Part shown: piece by piece, positions 1 through 8,609 of the stretch
Position numbering within the stretch: position 1 is the first letter of the stretch
How the letters are laid out: each line of letters opens with the position of its first letter
IMG/VR virus record: IMGVR_UViG_3300012038_000181
Coordinates: 8,533 to 72,532 of that record
DNA from: a virus
Taxonomy: Duplodnaviria > Caudoviricetes
Direction: 5' to 3' (one strand)
Length of the DNA stretch: 64,000 nucleotides
The notes under the pieces: generated by a model
The model's database searches: none
The model's input: the letters and a program-made list of their open reading frames with translations, nothing else
Told to the model about the DNA's origin: nothing
Translations under genes and position numbers: made by a program

Positions 1-103
1 TTACACGGGAGTCAGCGGATTCTCTGGCTACAGTGGAGCGAGCGGCTTCAGTGGCTACTCTGGATACTCTGGCAAGTCTGGATTCTCTGGATTCAGTGCG
101 TAG
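1..103 (+). CDS. 3' end of a Ser-Gly-(Phe/Tyr) repeat tail-associated protein (truncated at window start)
   Basis: Frame from base 2 reads YTGVSGFSGYSGASGFSGYSGYSGKSGFSGFSA* with TAG at 101-103; same repeat type as genes at 62.4-64 kb. Confidence 0.8.
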   Translation, partial: YTGVSGFSGYSGASGFSGYSGYSGKSGFSGFSA

Positions 104-113
104 AGCGGTGAAC

Positions 114-143
114 GCGGGGTGGTTTCACACACTGCCACCCCGC
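114..143 (+). terminator. GC-rich hairpin, possible terminator or processing site
   Basis: GCGGGGTGG (114-122) and CCACCCCGC (135-143) form a perfect 9-bp stem; no clear U-tract follows. Confidence 0.4.
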
Positions 144-166
144 ACTAATACTCGGAGGTCACTCCT

Positions 167-484
167 ATGGCGACAAGCGCAGCTCCATTTGGGACAGCAC
201 TAGAGATAATTCGTTCCGTTACGGTCACCACTATTATTACTGATGGGGCGACTAACCTTGTGACCTCTCCGTCAGGCGGAGCGAAGACCGTCACGCTCCC
301 ATCTATTGCCAACATGATTGCCAGTCAAAACCTGCTGATTTTTATTAACAATGCGGCGGGGGGCGGCGGCAACATTACCGTCGCGGCGGCAGGGAGTGAT
401 GCCATCATCGGGCAAACAGCGGTAGCAGTTGGTACGGGAGTTACCTACCGTCACGATGGCCGCGCAACCTGGTATTCCACATAA
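167..484 (+). CDS. small virion/tail-associated protein
   Basis: 105 aa, GGAGG RBS, T/G/A-rich beta composition with a TVTLP motif typical of fibre tip modules. Confidence 0.6.
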   Translation: MATSAAPFGTALEIIRSVTVTTIITDGATNLVTSPSGGAKTVTLPSIANMIASQNLLIFINNAAGGGGNITVAAAGSDAIIGQTAVAVGTGVTYRHDGRATWYST

Positions 485-519
485 GGCGACGATATGACCT
501 CGACATCGCAGAAGTTTTT
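484..519 (+). repeat. imperfect direct repeat, copy 1 (RBS region plus first codons of gene 1249-1632)
   Basis: AGGCGACGATATGA (484-497) and ATCGCAGAAGTTTTT (505-519) recur at 1239-1252 and 1257-1271. Confidence 0.9.
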
Positions 520-1156
520 ACTCTACGTGTTTCCAAGTTTGGCGATGTACGATTTTGGCGATACCCGAAATTGAGAGATTAAATTGTTTAGCAAGTTTAC
601 CAAAACTCGATTGGCCCGTAGCGTAAGTGGTGCGAATTTCACGTACTTGCGCTTCGCTCAATCGTGCATGATGGGAATCCTCGCCAACGATCATAGAAAC
701 AATTTTAAGACGGCCCGAAAGCACTTCTTCCAAAGGGTGTCGTTCCAATCTGCCGTACAGCACTTGATAAGACAGTCCCAAGTGTTGTGCCCATTCCGCA
801 ATCGAACGAGTCTCACCGTTGAAAGTAATCGACGTAGGATGGCGTCGGTTGTCCACTTGCTCCTTACGAGTGGCCCATCGCACGTTATTAGGCTCGTAGT
901 TTCCGTTCTTATCGGGGTAGCGATCTATTGTATGTTTAGGGGTGGGGCGAAGCCCAACATCCCTAATGAAGCACGCAAAAGAATCAATCCATTCTTGACA
1001 GACGGTGATACCGCGTCCGCCGTAGTAAGAATAGGCTTGATTGTTTGGATTCAAGCATCGTTGCTTCATAGAATCCCAAGTGTGGTATTCAGGACTTCCC
1101 GAAAGCCCGTGAGATTCGTGGTGTTGACGAATTTGTGGAGTATAGTTACTCGGCAT
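518..1156 (-). CDS. free-standing HNH homing endonuclease with C-terminal NUMOD1-like HTH
   Basis: Motifs EYHTWDSMKQRC, YGGRGITVCQEW, TIDRYPDKNGNYEPNNVRWATRKEQVDNRR; AAGGAG RBS; opposite strand to its operon. Confidence 0.9.
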   Translation of the reverse strand: MPSNYTPQIRQHHESHGLSGSPEYHTWDSMKQRCLNPNNQAYSYYGGRGITVCQEWIDSFACFIRDVGLRPTPKHTIDRYPDKNGNYEPNNVRWATRKEQVDNRRHPTSITFNGETRSIAEWAQHLGLSYQVLYGRLERHPLEEVLSGRLKIVSMIVGEDSHHARLSEAQVREIRTTYATGQSSFGKLAKQFNLSISGIAKIVHRQTWKHVE

Positions 1157-1238
1157 GATCTAGTCTCCTTAATAGACAGATTGTGTTGGGCTATGTCGGG
1201 GGTCACATCCCGCATGGCCCTATCATTTTACCACAAAG

Positions 1239-1271
1239 AGGCGACGATATGAGTGGATCGCAGAAGTTTTT
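1239..1271 (+). repeat. imperfect direct repeat, copy 2 (functional start of downstream gene)
   Basis: Matches 484-519; contains ATG at 1249. Confidence 0.9.
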
Positions 1272-1632
1272 CAGCGAGGTTTGTTCATTAACAGAGCGCA
1301 CGCCGACAAGCGTAGCGTCGTTGATGATTGCCGCAGGCTATGGCAGAGAGAAAGATGCAAATAACGACATCACGACCCAACCGTCACTAGACGGGTTCAT
1401 TGGTTCGCAGTGTTTCATCATCCCGCAGACTGCGGGCATCTATATAGGTCACGATCAGTATGTCTCGAACACGGCGTTGAGTGGGCCACCAAGAATGTAT
1501 AAAGGGGTTCCCGTAGCAAGTGGTGATAATTACAACGTGGTGAATCCTATGCGTGGGATAGTTGATGCAAACGCTATCTGGTTGTTCTCGACCACGACGC
1601 AGGAAATTGGCATCGTATTTGTGGCAACGTAA
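1249..1632 (+). CDS. hypothetical beta-rich protein, probably virion-associated
   Basis: ORF-track frame 1183-1632; start moved to MSGSQKFF at 1249 after GAGG; lies in tail module. Confidence 0.65.
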   Translation: MSGSQKFFSEVCSLTERTPTSVASLMIAAGYGREKDANNDITTQPSLDGFIGSQCFIIPQTAGIYIGHDQYVSNTALSGPPRMYKGVPVASGDNYNVVNPMRGIVDANAIWLFSTTTQEIGIVFVAT

Positions 1633-1724
1633 TTTTCAAGGGCGCACAACAACAGCCCTATATTTGGCGCGGATTGCGGTCTTCTTCCTTTTCACCGTAG
1701 GCCGCGCCTTTAGTTTTTTAGATT

Positions 1725-4385
1725 ATGGCAAAAACCATCATAGAGGCGATAAATAGCGCATCGACTTACCAGTTTGAAGGCGATACCGCGGAGTTACGGC
1801 TGTATCCAACTCAGACCTTTCTTGCTTCTACGGGGCAGATGGTCGGGCAAGGTTCGCCGTGGAACACTGAGAGTTGGTATTTACCCGTCACTTGTGATGT
1901 GCAGCCTACGGGCGTGCTTTATGTCCCATCCTTTGAAATAGATTCCACTACCGATGGTCAGCCGCGCACTTCCAAATACATAGCAGCTTTATTTGACGAA
2001 GGTGGAGCTTATATAGGGCCATTCCCGTTAATGAATCCGAACGGGTTTGCCATTCCGCCTCCTGAACTGATGCCTACCCCGACGTGGGGGCAGTTACAGA
2101 TTTACAACCGACTTCCTACGCTTCTCTATCCACCACAGACCTATCCGACGCGAGATGAGATGTACGCGGCGATTGCTGCTGCGCTCGGAGAACAAGGGCC
2201 AAAGGCGTCAGAAACCGTAGTCGGGATTACGGCGTTAAGCGAAGACCCGACAGACCCGCAGTTTCCGATTGCGGTCTCAGTGACCGATCCTATATGGGAA
2301 GAATTTGTTGATGGTGGCCCTAACGCTTCCATCACGGTTAAGGGGCTTACCAAACTAGATGTTGCGCCTGCTAGTGCGACCGATCCTATCGCAGTTGGTG
2401 TTAATTCTCCTCGTGTGGCCCAAAAAGCCATTGTAGCTACAGGAGTCGAGGTGACGGATACGGCAGCACTTCAGGCGGCTATTACGAGTTTAGGTGCCGC
2501 AGGTGGAGTGATCCGCACCCTAAGTTCACTTGCTACTCCGCTAAAAATTGATGGGACGGGAATCACATTTCCGGCTTTAACTAACACAATCACATTTGAG
2601 GTGTTTGGGTATTGGGATTTGTCTGGTTCAGATCACACGCTGACCTTTCCCAATGGGGTAAATTGGGTCGGGCTTGGTGGAGCGGCAAATCTTCAATTTC
2701 AACACGCAGGCCCGACGGCGGGGATTATTCCGCCAACTGGTAATGTGACAACTCTGAAATTAACTGGAGCCAATAATCAGTTAATTCAAAATCTGGCTAT
2801 TGATAGTTGTTCAGGAATTGGAATTTACATGGATGGAGTGAGTGCGTTAGGAGCACTCAAGACGCTGGAAAACGTAGCGGTTGTAGCATCTACAGCGGTG
2901 ACTTCACAGCCGATTCAGATAGATGCTGTCTTTTGGGTTTGGATGCGCGATTGTTCATTCCTTTCGACCTCGACATCGCTGCATTCAATACGGATTACGA
3001 CATCTAGTGCTGCTCATAGTGCTGCGGGGTTGATCTACATTGACGATACCATAATTGCAGGGAAAGGAATCAAGGTTGACGCGCAGGTAAATGTAAGCAG
3101 ACAAGGAAATATATTCCTAACAAACGTACACGCTGAGTCGTTAAGCGACAGTTTACTCACCTTGGACGGAACGAATGGGCCAATCGCTAACATTGCGCTC
3201 AACCAAGTAGGCGTATCGGACTCGGTAAGCCTGCCCTATATTTTCAACGTAGTTGCTGGCCCTATAAAGAACATTTTCGTTAGAGACTCGGATAATTTAG
3301 CTACTGAAGCTGGAAGTACGCTGTGGGTTAATAACACAGCCAGCATAAATAATTTAGTCATTGAGGGCGGCAGAGATTTTGAATATGTGACGGGATGGTC
3401 GCTAGGAACCGCGCAACGTAATTACGTCTTAACGAGGGACGGACAAGTAGACAGTTCGTGGTTGGGTCAAGGCGCGGCCATGAGTCCGAGTTTAATTCCG
3501 TATACAAGTTTGGCGGTAAATCAAGACGCGTCAGCATGGGGTGGGTTGACAGGAACCGCGACGGTGACTACTGGAATAATTGCTCCAGACGGTACAGCGA
3601 CCGCCGCCACTCTTTCTTCTGCGGGCGGGGAACGCGCCCGTCGAGTGTATGCTGTGAGTGGCAGGTCAGCGGCTGTTGGTGATTGGGTTATGGTGGGTGT
3701 TTGGATGCGATCCGAAGACGCAACAGTCCCGTCTTATACTGGAAGCGTTTTTGCTACAAATTCAGGTAGCGGGCCAGCGACATTTGATTCAACCCTCACA
3801 ACTCTGGGGCTGTCAAACGATCCTTCGCAAAGATTAAGCGCATCATGGGTTCCTGTTGTAGTGGCTGGCAAGATAACCACGTCACCCTCTGCGACTTATG
3901 ATTTCATCATGGATTTGAAGTGTGATTCCACTCACCCGACTTCCTATTGGATGCCTTTTATTATTCACATTCCAGCGGCAACTTTGACAGATGCTGAAGT
4001 AATAAGGTTCAAACGGTATCTAACGAACGTGGTATCGAGTGTTCCTACAGGATCGTTGGCGATGTACCCGCACCAAAGTTTCTACGCGGGGAGGGTTATT
4101 TCGCAAGTCATTACCACCTTCGCAGACGCCGATACAACCCCCTCAGTGGCTGCCGGAAATGAGTTCACGGCAACGAATACGGCCCCCACGTCCATCACTA
4201 CGTTTGACGACGGAGTGAACGGTCAAACCATTACTATTCTTTTTACCAATGGTAATTCAACGATTGTTAATGGAGCGTCAGTCAAATTGTTGGCGGCAGG
4301 TAACTTTGTGGGTAGTGCCGACGATACCTTAACGCTCACACGTAGAGGCGGAACCTGGTACGAAATCGGAAGAAGCGTGAACTAG
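1725..4385 (+). CDS. tail spike/fibre with beta-helix (pectin-lyase-like) body; no signal peptide
   Basis: 886 aa; two fibre-type repeats (ASETVVGITAL, ASITVKGLTKL), beta-helix-like middle, C-terminal ADTTPSV...TLTL...WYEIGRS module. Confidence 0.75.
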   Translation: MAKTIIEAINSASTYQFEGDTAELRLYPTQTFLASTGQMVGQGSPWNTESWYLPVTCDVQPTGVLYVPSFEIDSTTDGQPRTSKYIAALFDEGGAYIGPFPLMNPNGFAIPPPELMPTPTWGQLQIYNRLPTLLYPPQTYPTRDEMYAAIAAALGEQGPKASETVVGITALSEDPTDPQFPIAVSVTDPIWEEFVDGGPNASITVKGLTKLDVAPASATDPIAVGVNSPRVAQKAIVATGVEVTDTAALQAAITSLGAAGGVIRTLSSLATPLKIDGTGITFPALTNTITFEVFGYWDLSGSDHTLTFPNGVNWVGLGGAANLQFQHAGPTAGIIPPTGNVTTLKLTGANNQLIQNLAIDSCSGIGIYMDGVSALGALKTLENVAVVASTAVTSQPIQIDAVFWVWMRDCSFLSTSTSLHSIRITTSSAAHSAAGLIYIDDTIIAGKGIKVDAQVNVSRQGNIFLTNVHAESLSDSLLTLDGTNGPIANIALNQVGVSDSVSLPYIFNVVAGPIKNIFVRDSDNLATEAGSTLWVNNTASINNLVIEGGRDFEYVTGWSLGTAQRNYVLTRDGQVDSSWLGQGAAMSPSLIPYTSLAVNQDASAWGGLTGTATVTTGIIAPDGTATAATLSSAGGERARRVYAVSGRSAAVGDWVMVGVWMRSEDATVPSYTGSVFATNSGSGPATFDSTLTTLGLSNDPSQRLSASWVPVVVAGKITTSPSATYDFIMDLKCDSTHPTSYWMPFIIHIPAATLTDAEVIRFKRYLTNVVSSVPTGSLAMYPHQSFYAGRVISQVITTFADADTTPSVAAGNEFTATNTAPTSITTFDDGVNGQTITILFTNGNSTIVNGASVKLLAAGNFVGSADDTLTLTRRGGTWYEIGRSVN

Positions 4386-4393
4386 GGAGATTT

Positions 4394-4723
4394 ATGAGAT
4401 TCAAAGTTGTGCTGTTTACCGCAGTTTTGGTTACGTCATTATTTGTAGCTACAAGTGCTCAAGCACCTTCAGACCCGAAACTTGATGCTGATTCACAGGC
4501 GAAGTTGAAGGTTGCATTTGATAACTGGCAGAAGGCGTTAGAAGCGGCAGAAGTCGCTAAGTTGAGTTTCAATGCCACGATGTATCAGGTTATGGCTGAG
4601 GCGAAAGTAAGTCCAAAGGAATATCAGTTGTCGATTGAAAAAGGAGCGTTTGTGTTGACAAAGGTGGAAGTAGCTAAAGCCCCTGAAGTTCAGAAAGCCC
4701 CCGCGAATAAACCGAAGGAATAA
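4394..4723 (+). CDS. exported hypothetical protein (Sec signal peptide)
   Basis: MRFKVVLFTAVLVTSLFVATSA|Q; helical mature part with K/A/P-rich tail. Confidence 0.7.
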   Translation: MRFKVVLFTAVLVTSLFVATSAQAPSDPKLDADSQAKLKVAFDNWQKALEAAEVAKLSFNATMYQVMAEAKVSPKEYQLSIEKGAFVLTKVEVAKAPEVQKAPANKPKE

Positions 4724-4727
4724 TGTA

Positions 4728-6053
4728 ATGAAAAGACTTCTCTTGCTCGTTCTCTTACTTGTTTGTCCCTTGATTGCGGAAGCGCAAGTCACTTCTACTC
4801 CAGTGGTTTTTGTAACTGTTGCTCCCACAGTTTGCCAACCCAAGAAGCTCTACTCGCTCACTACAAATGGAAATCTCTATGAGCGTTTAGGCTCATCGGG
4901 CACCGCTTGTACCTTGATAGTGAACGCTGCGGGAGGCGTGATTTCGGGATCAGGTACTACCAACACAATGACTAAGTGGACGAGCGCAACTGCGTTGGGA
5001 AACGCCTTAATGACTGATGATGGCTCGCTTATCGTGGCGGCTGTTACGCCAACTACGGGGAATGGATTTACAGTATCCGGCGCAACCGTTACTTCAGGCA
5101 ACTTAGTTTCCATTGCTGCGTCAGGCACGGCAGCGGCGAGTAACACCAAGACCGCTTTGAGTGTCGCCACGAGCGGAGCAAATGCAACGAACGCGATGAC
5201 TACGTTTGGAGCGGTGATCTCCAATACAAGTACTAACGGTACATCGGGAACTAACGTCGCGCTTCAGTTGACTGCTAGTGGGGCCACCACCGCGAACACT
5301 GCGCTGAATATTACCGCAGGGCAAATCCTTGGAGCCGATGGTACGGCGGCGAGTCCTGAATATAGTTTCGGGACTGAGACCGGAATGGGCATGACTAGAA
5401 CCAGTTCAGGCATTCTAGGCTTCTATGTCTCAGGTATTCGTCAGTTTGATATTCGAGCGGCGGGAGCTGTCTATATCCCGCTGAATACAGCGACATTTTC
5501 TTTGGGAACTAACGCGGATGTCAGGCTTTCTCGACAAGCTGACGGGGTACTTCAGATAGGCGCGGCAGCAGGTAACGCCACAGGCTCGCTACTAGCCACC
5601 AACGGGACTTTTACTGGCACTATTACTAACGCGGGCATTGCATCTGATGCGGCAACCACTAACAATACAGTTTGCACAACTACGACCACGAATGTCTTTA
5701 CAAAAGGATCGGGCGTCGGAGGTTTGTGTTTGGGTACGTCATCGGCTCGATTCAAGAATCACATTCAGGGTCTTACTGATGGCCTTGCGGTCGTTACGCA
5801 ACTTCAGCCGAAACGATTCTTTTACAATAAAGGTTATGGTAACTCAGGGGCTAAAGAGAGTATCGGGTTTGTTGCTGAAGATGTTCAGAAGATTGCTCCA
5901 CGATTGGTAGCATTAGACGCTAAGGGGCAACCATCATCCGTAGATTATCTCGGCATAGTGCCAATGCTGGTCAACGCGATCAGGGAGCAGCAAGCCGAGA
6001 TTCAGTTACTCAAGCAGCAAGTAAAGTCTTTGACGCGCAAGCGTAAGCATTGA
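4728..6053 (+). CDS. signal-peptide-bearing fibre protein with C-terminal peptidase S74 (intramolecular chaperone) domain
   Basis: MKRLLLLVLLLVCPLIAEA|Q; T/G/A/S-rich shaft; TSSARFKNHI...LQPKRFFY...IGFVAEDV...VDYLGIVPMLVNAIREQQAEI. Confidence 0.85.
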   Translation: MKRLLLLVLLLVCPLIAEAQVTSTPVVFVTVAPTVCQPKKLYSLTTNGNLYERLGSSGTACTLIVNAAGGVISGSGTTNTMTKWTSATALGNALMTDDGSLIVAAVTPTTGNGFTVSGATVTSGNLVSIAASGTAAASNTKTALSVATSGANATNAMTTFGAVISNTSTNGTSGTNVALQLTASGATTANTALNITAGQILGADGTAASPEYSFGTETGMGMTRTSSGILGFYVSGIRQFDIRAAGAVYIPLNTATFSLGTNADVRLSRQADGVLQIGAAAGNATGSLLATNGTFTGTITNAGIASDAATTNNTVCTTTTTNVFTKGSGVGGLCLGTSSARFKNHIQGLTDGLAVVTQLQPKRFFYNKGYGNSGAKESIGFVAEDVQKIAPRLVALDAKGQPSSVDYLGIVPMLVNAIREQQAEIQLLKQQVKSLTRKRKH

Positions 6054-6079
6054 CGTACCCGTAGGCATAGGCGTAGGAT
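6050..6079 (+). promoter_or_regulatory. sigma70-type promoter with phased TAGG repeats
   Basis: TTGACG (6050-6055), N18, TAGGAT (6074-6079); TAGG at 6062, 6068, 6074. Confidence 0.65.
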
Positions 6080-6089
6080 GGTTTTTGAA

Positions 6090-6251
6090 ATGCCCTATAC
6101 AAGTAAAACCATCTCGCTTCACCACCAAGTTTGGGAGTTCCTTGAGTGCCAGAAAAAGGTGTATGGATCGTACAACAAGGCGTTGAAAGCACTGCTCATT
6201 GACAAGCCAAAGGTTAGCAAGCGAGACAAAAAGAAAGAGGAAATAAAATGA
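6090..6251 (+). CDS. small ribbon-helix-helix/antitoxin-like DNA-binding protein
   Basis: Hand translation MPYTSKTISLHHQVWEFLECQKKVYGSYNKALKALLIDKPKVSKRDKKKEEIK (53 aa); ATGA overlap with next gene; similar to 35374 ORF. Confidence 0.6.
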   Translation: MPYTSKTISLHHQVWEFLECQKKVYGSYNKALKALLIDKPKVSKRDKKKEEIK

Positions 6252-6841
6252 AGGCTCTTTTGCTCGTACTCGCGTTTGCTTTACCAATCTTTGCTCAAGA
6301 ATCCAATGTCCACGTCGCAGGTGTCTTGCAAGCGACTGCTAACTTAGGTTTCGGTAATCCAATCTACGGCGCACAAGTCGGTGGAGATTATCGCATCAAC
6401 AAGGTAGTGCTCTCAGGTGACTTCTCAGTGTTACGGCTCAAGAAGAACGTAGGCGGCTCAGGAATGCAGTTTACCGCCAAAGAGGGCGTCAGGGTCTACC
6501 TCAACAAGAAGTTCTTCGTGCAAGGCGTCTCGCGTCAATGGAAGTATGATGTAGAGCAATTCGGTAAGTCAGGAGTAGATATTGGTGGTGGAGGAGGGGT
6601 TTTCTTTCTCGGTGAAAATATGGCAGGGACGTTTGCTGCTAACTATTTACACAACGTCCACGAGACACAGCGACCAAGTGGAGTGGATTCCAAGCAGAAA
6701 ACGGTTGACGCAGAGTTACGATTGTACCTTCAGCATCATGTGTTCTTCGCGCCAAGGTTAGCGGTCTCAAGATTCAAGTCAGGAAACACGAATTTGACGG
6801 GCGTGAGTGTCGCGGTACAAGTTGGATTCTGGTTTAAGTAG
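6248..6841 (+). CDS. outer-membrane beta-barrel protein
   Basis: Signal MKALLLVLAFALPIFA|Q; alternating amphipathic strands; ends VQVGFWFK (aromatic C-terminal motif). Confidence 0.7.
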   Translation: MKALLLVLAFALPIFAQESNVHVAGVLQATANLGFGNPIYGAQVGGDYRINKVVLSGDFSVLRLKKNVGGSGMQFTAKEGVRVYLNKKFFVQGVSRQWKYDVEQFGKSGVDIGGGGGVFFLGENMAGTFAANYLHNVHETQRPSGVDSKQKTVDAELRLYLQHHVFFAPRLAVSRFKSGNTNLTGVSVAVQVGFWFK

Positions 6842-6853
6842 GTTACTGAGAAT

Positions 6854-8185
6854 ATGAAGAACTTTCTCGTTGGCGTAATCCTAATCTTGGCTGCTAGTGG
6901 GGCCGCGTATTCTCAAGCTAGGACTGCAAGCCAAATTCAAACTGCCCCGTTTTCGCAACTGACTACCGACCTTCCTTCGGCCACAGTTCGTGTCTGTATT
7001 AACTGCCAAGCAAATGCGGCTACGGGTGTTTGTGAAAGTGGCGCGTACCAGATGGTGGCAACGAGACTTGACGATGCATGGAAGTGTACGAAGTACGATC
7101 CGAACGAGAACGGCGGTGGCATTTGGGGTTCAATTACAGGAACGCTCTCTAATCAAACCGACCTGCAAACCGCCTTAAACCTGAAAGCGACGTTAGCAAG
7201 TCCCACGTTTACGGGAACAGTAACGATTCCAACTCCGTTTACTTTGGCAGCGGTGTCGGTTTTACCGACCGGAACAGAGTTGAATTTTGTTGACGGGGTT
7301 ACGTCTGCGATTCAAACCCAACTCGATGCGAAGACGCCTACATCGCGCACTGTTTCCACGTCTAGTCCACTTGGGGGCGGTGGAGCGTTATCGGGCAATC
7401 TTACGCTGACTTGCGCTACATGTGTCACTAGTGCTGCACCCTTGACCTCTACCGCGTTAGTTACGGGCGCAGGCAGTCAGGGGTCACAAACTCCTTCTGC
7501 GACCGCTACACTTGATTCCAGCGGTAATCTCTCTACGGCAGGCTCACTAGCTACGGGCGTTGGCGGGGCAGTGGCGGGGAATATTGGGTTAGGTCAGGGA
7601 ACCGCTACTAGTGTGGCTGTAAATACCATTCAGCATCAGGCTCCAACAAGCGTAACGGGTTACAATTTAGTTTATCCTTCAGCAGCAGGTTCGGGACTCC
7701 TTCAGTGGACTAATTCAACCGACGTAATGACTGGTACGTTAAGCGCGTTGACTTCAGGGCGTGTTACCTTCGCTACGACGAATGGGCTGCTCTCCGATGA
7801 TGCTGACTTAACCTTCGCTACCGACACACTTACTGCTACTAAGATTATTGGTTCTACGAGTGCTACGTCAGCAACTTACCTTACGGCAACCAACTGTGCG
7901 GATTCAGCAGGGGCAGCGGCTTGTGGTTCAGCGGCAGCAGGTAGCGTGGTAATTGATGCAGCAGGGACTTCCGTGGTCGTCAGCACGACTGCCGTAACCG
8001 CGAACAGTCAGATTTTTATTCAGGAAGATTCATCGCTCAACACACGACTAAGCGTGACTTGTAATACTGTTACCGGACGACTCTACACGGTTACGGCACG
8101 CACGGCGGCAACGTCATTCACAATTACTACGAGTGCCGCTCCAATAACTGATCCCGCTTGTTTGAGTTATAAAATTGTCAACTAA
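6854..8185 (+). CDS. signal-peptide-bearing tail-fibre-like protein
   Basis: MKNFLVGVILILAASGAAYS|Q; fibre motifs WGSITGTLSNQTDLQTALNLK, LASPTFTGT, TELNFVDGVTSAIQTQLDAK. Confidence 0.75.
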   Translation: MKNFLVGVILILAASGAAYSQARTASQIQTAPFSQLTTDLPSATVRVCINCQANAATGVCESGAYQMVATRLDDAWKCTKYDPNENGGGIWGSITGTLSNQTDLQTALNLKATLASPTFTGTVTIPTPFTLAAVSVLPTGTELNFVDGVTSAIQTQLDAKTPTSRTVSTSSPLGGGGALSGNLTLTCATCVTSAAPLTSTALVTGAGSQGSQTPSATATLDSSGNLSTAGSLATGVGGAVAGNIGLGQGTATSVAVNTIQHQAPTSVTGYNLVYPSAAGSGLLQWTNSTDVMTGTLSALTSGRVTFATTNGLLSDDADLTFATDTLTATKIIGSTSATSATYLTATNCADSAGAAACGSAAAGSVVIDAAGTSVVVSTTAVTANSQIFIQEDSSLNTRLSVTCNTVTGRLYTVTARTAATSFTITTSAAPITDPACLSYKIVN

Positions 8186-8192
8186 GGAGATT

Positions 8193-8600
8193 ATGAGAAA
8201 AAGCGCGATATTCATTGGTGCCATCTTCCTGCTTAGTGCGGGCGTCTACGCTCAACAAACAGGTTCACTAGTCTGGAATCCGAAAGGAGCTGTGACTACA
8301 ATCGACGCGCCCGCGAGTGGGACTTTCACGTTTACGCTGCCAGGAAAGTCGGGGACGTTTGCGCTGCTCTCGGACATCCCAACTACGTTACCGACTCCCG
8401 TTCCTGCTCCAAGCGTCCCGCAATACTTTGGCGCAGTGGTTTTGGTGAATGGGACGGGCTCAGTGACGTTTGCTACGGCAGTAAGTGGATGTCGAGTGTC
8501 GGATAGAAGTGGTAATTCGGTGAAGTACGGCCCGACTGCTAATGCGGCTATCTGGCAATTCTCTGGAGTTGGCCCAACCGTTGATTATGAGTGTCGCTAA
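8193..8600 (+). CDS. small exported fibre-like protein
   Basis: AAGGAG RBS; MRKSAIFIGAIFLLSAGVYA|Q; TFTLPGKSGTFALLSDIP fibre-like motif. Confidence 0.65.
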   Translation: MRKSAIFIGAIFLLSAGVYAQQTGSLVWNPKGAVTTIDAPASGTFTFTLPGKSGTFALLSDIPTTLPTPVPAPSVPQYFGAVVLVNGTGSVTFATAVSGCRVSDRSGNSVKYGPTANAAIWQFSGVGPTVDYECR

Positions 8601-8609
8601 TTGCCAACC

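Noticed and set aside
584-1252. 222-aa plus-strand ORF over HNH 1
   Set aside because: Codon-aligned antisense shadow of the HNH gene; no RBS and no protein-like motifs
484-1271. Group I intron interpretation of the HNH cassettes
   Set aside because: The HNH genes are antisense to the host gene, no room remains for a ribozyme core, and a new RBS/start makes splicing unnecessary
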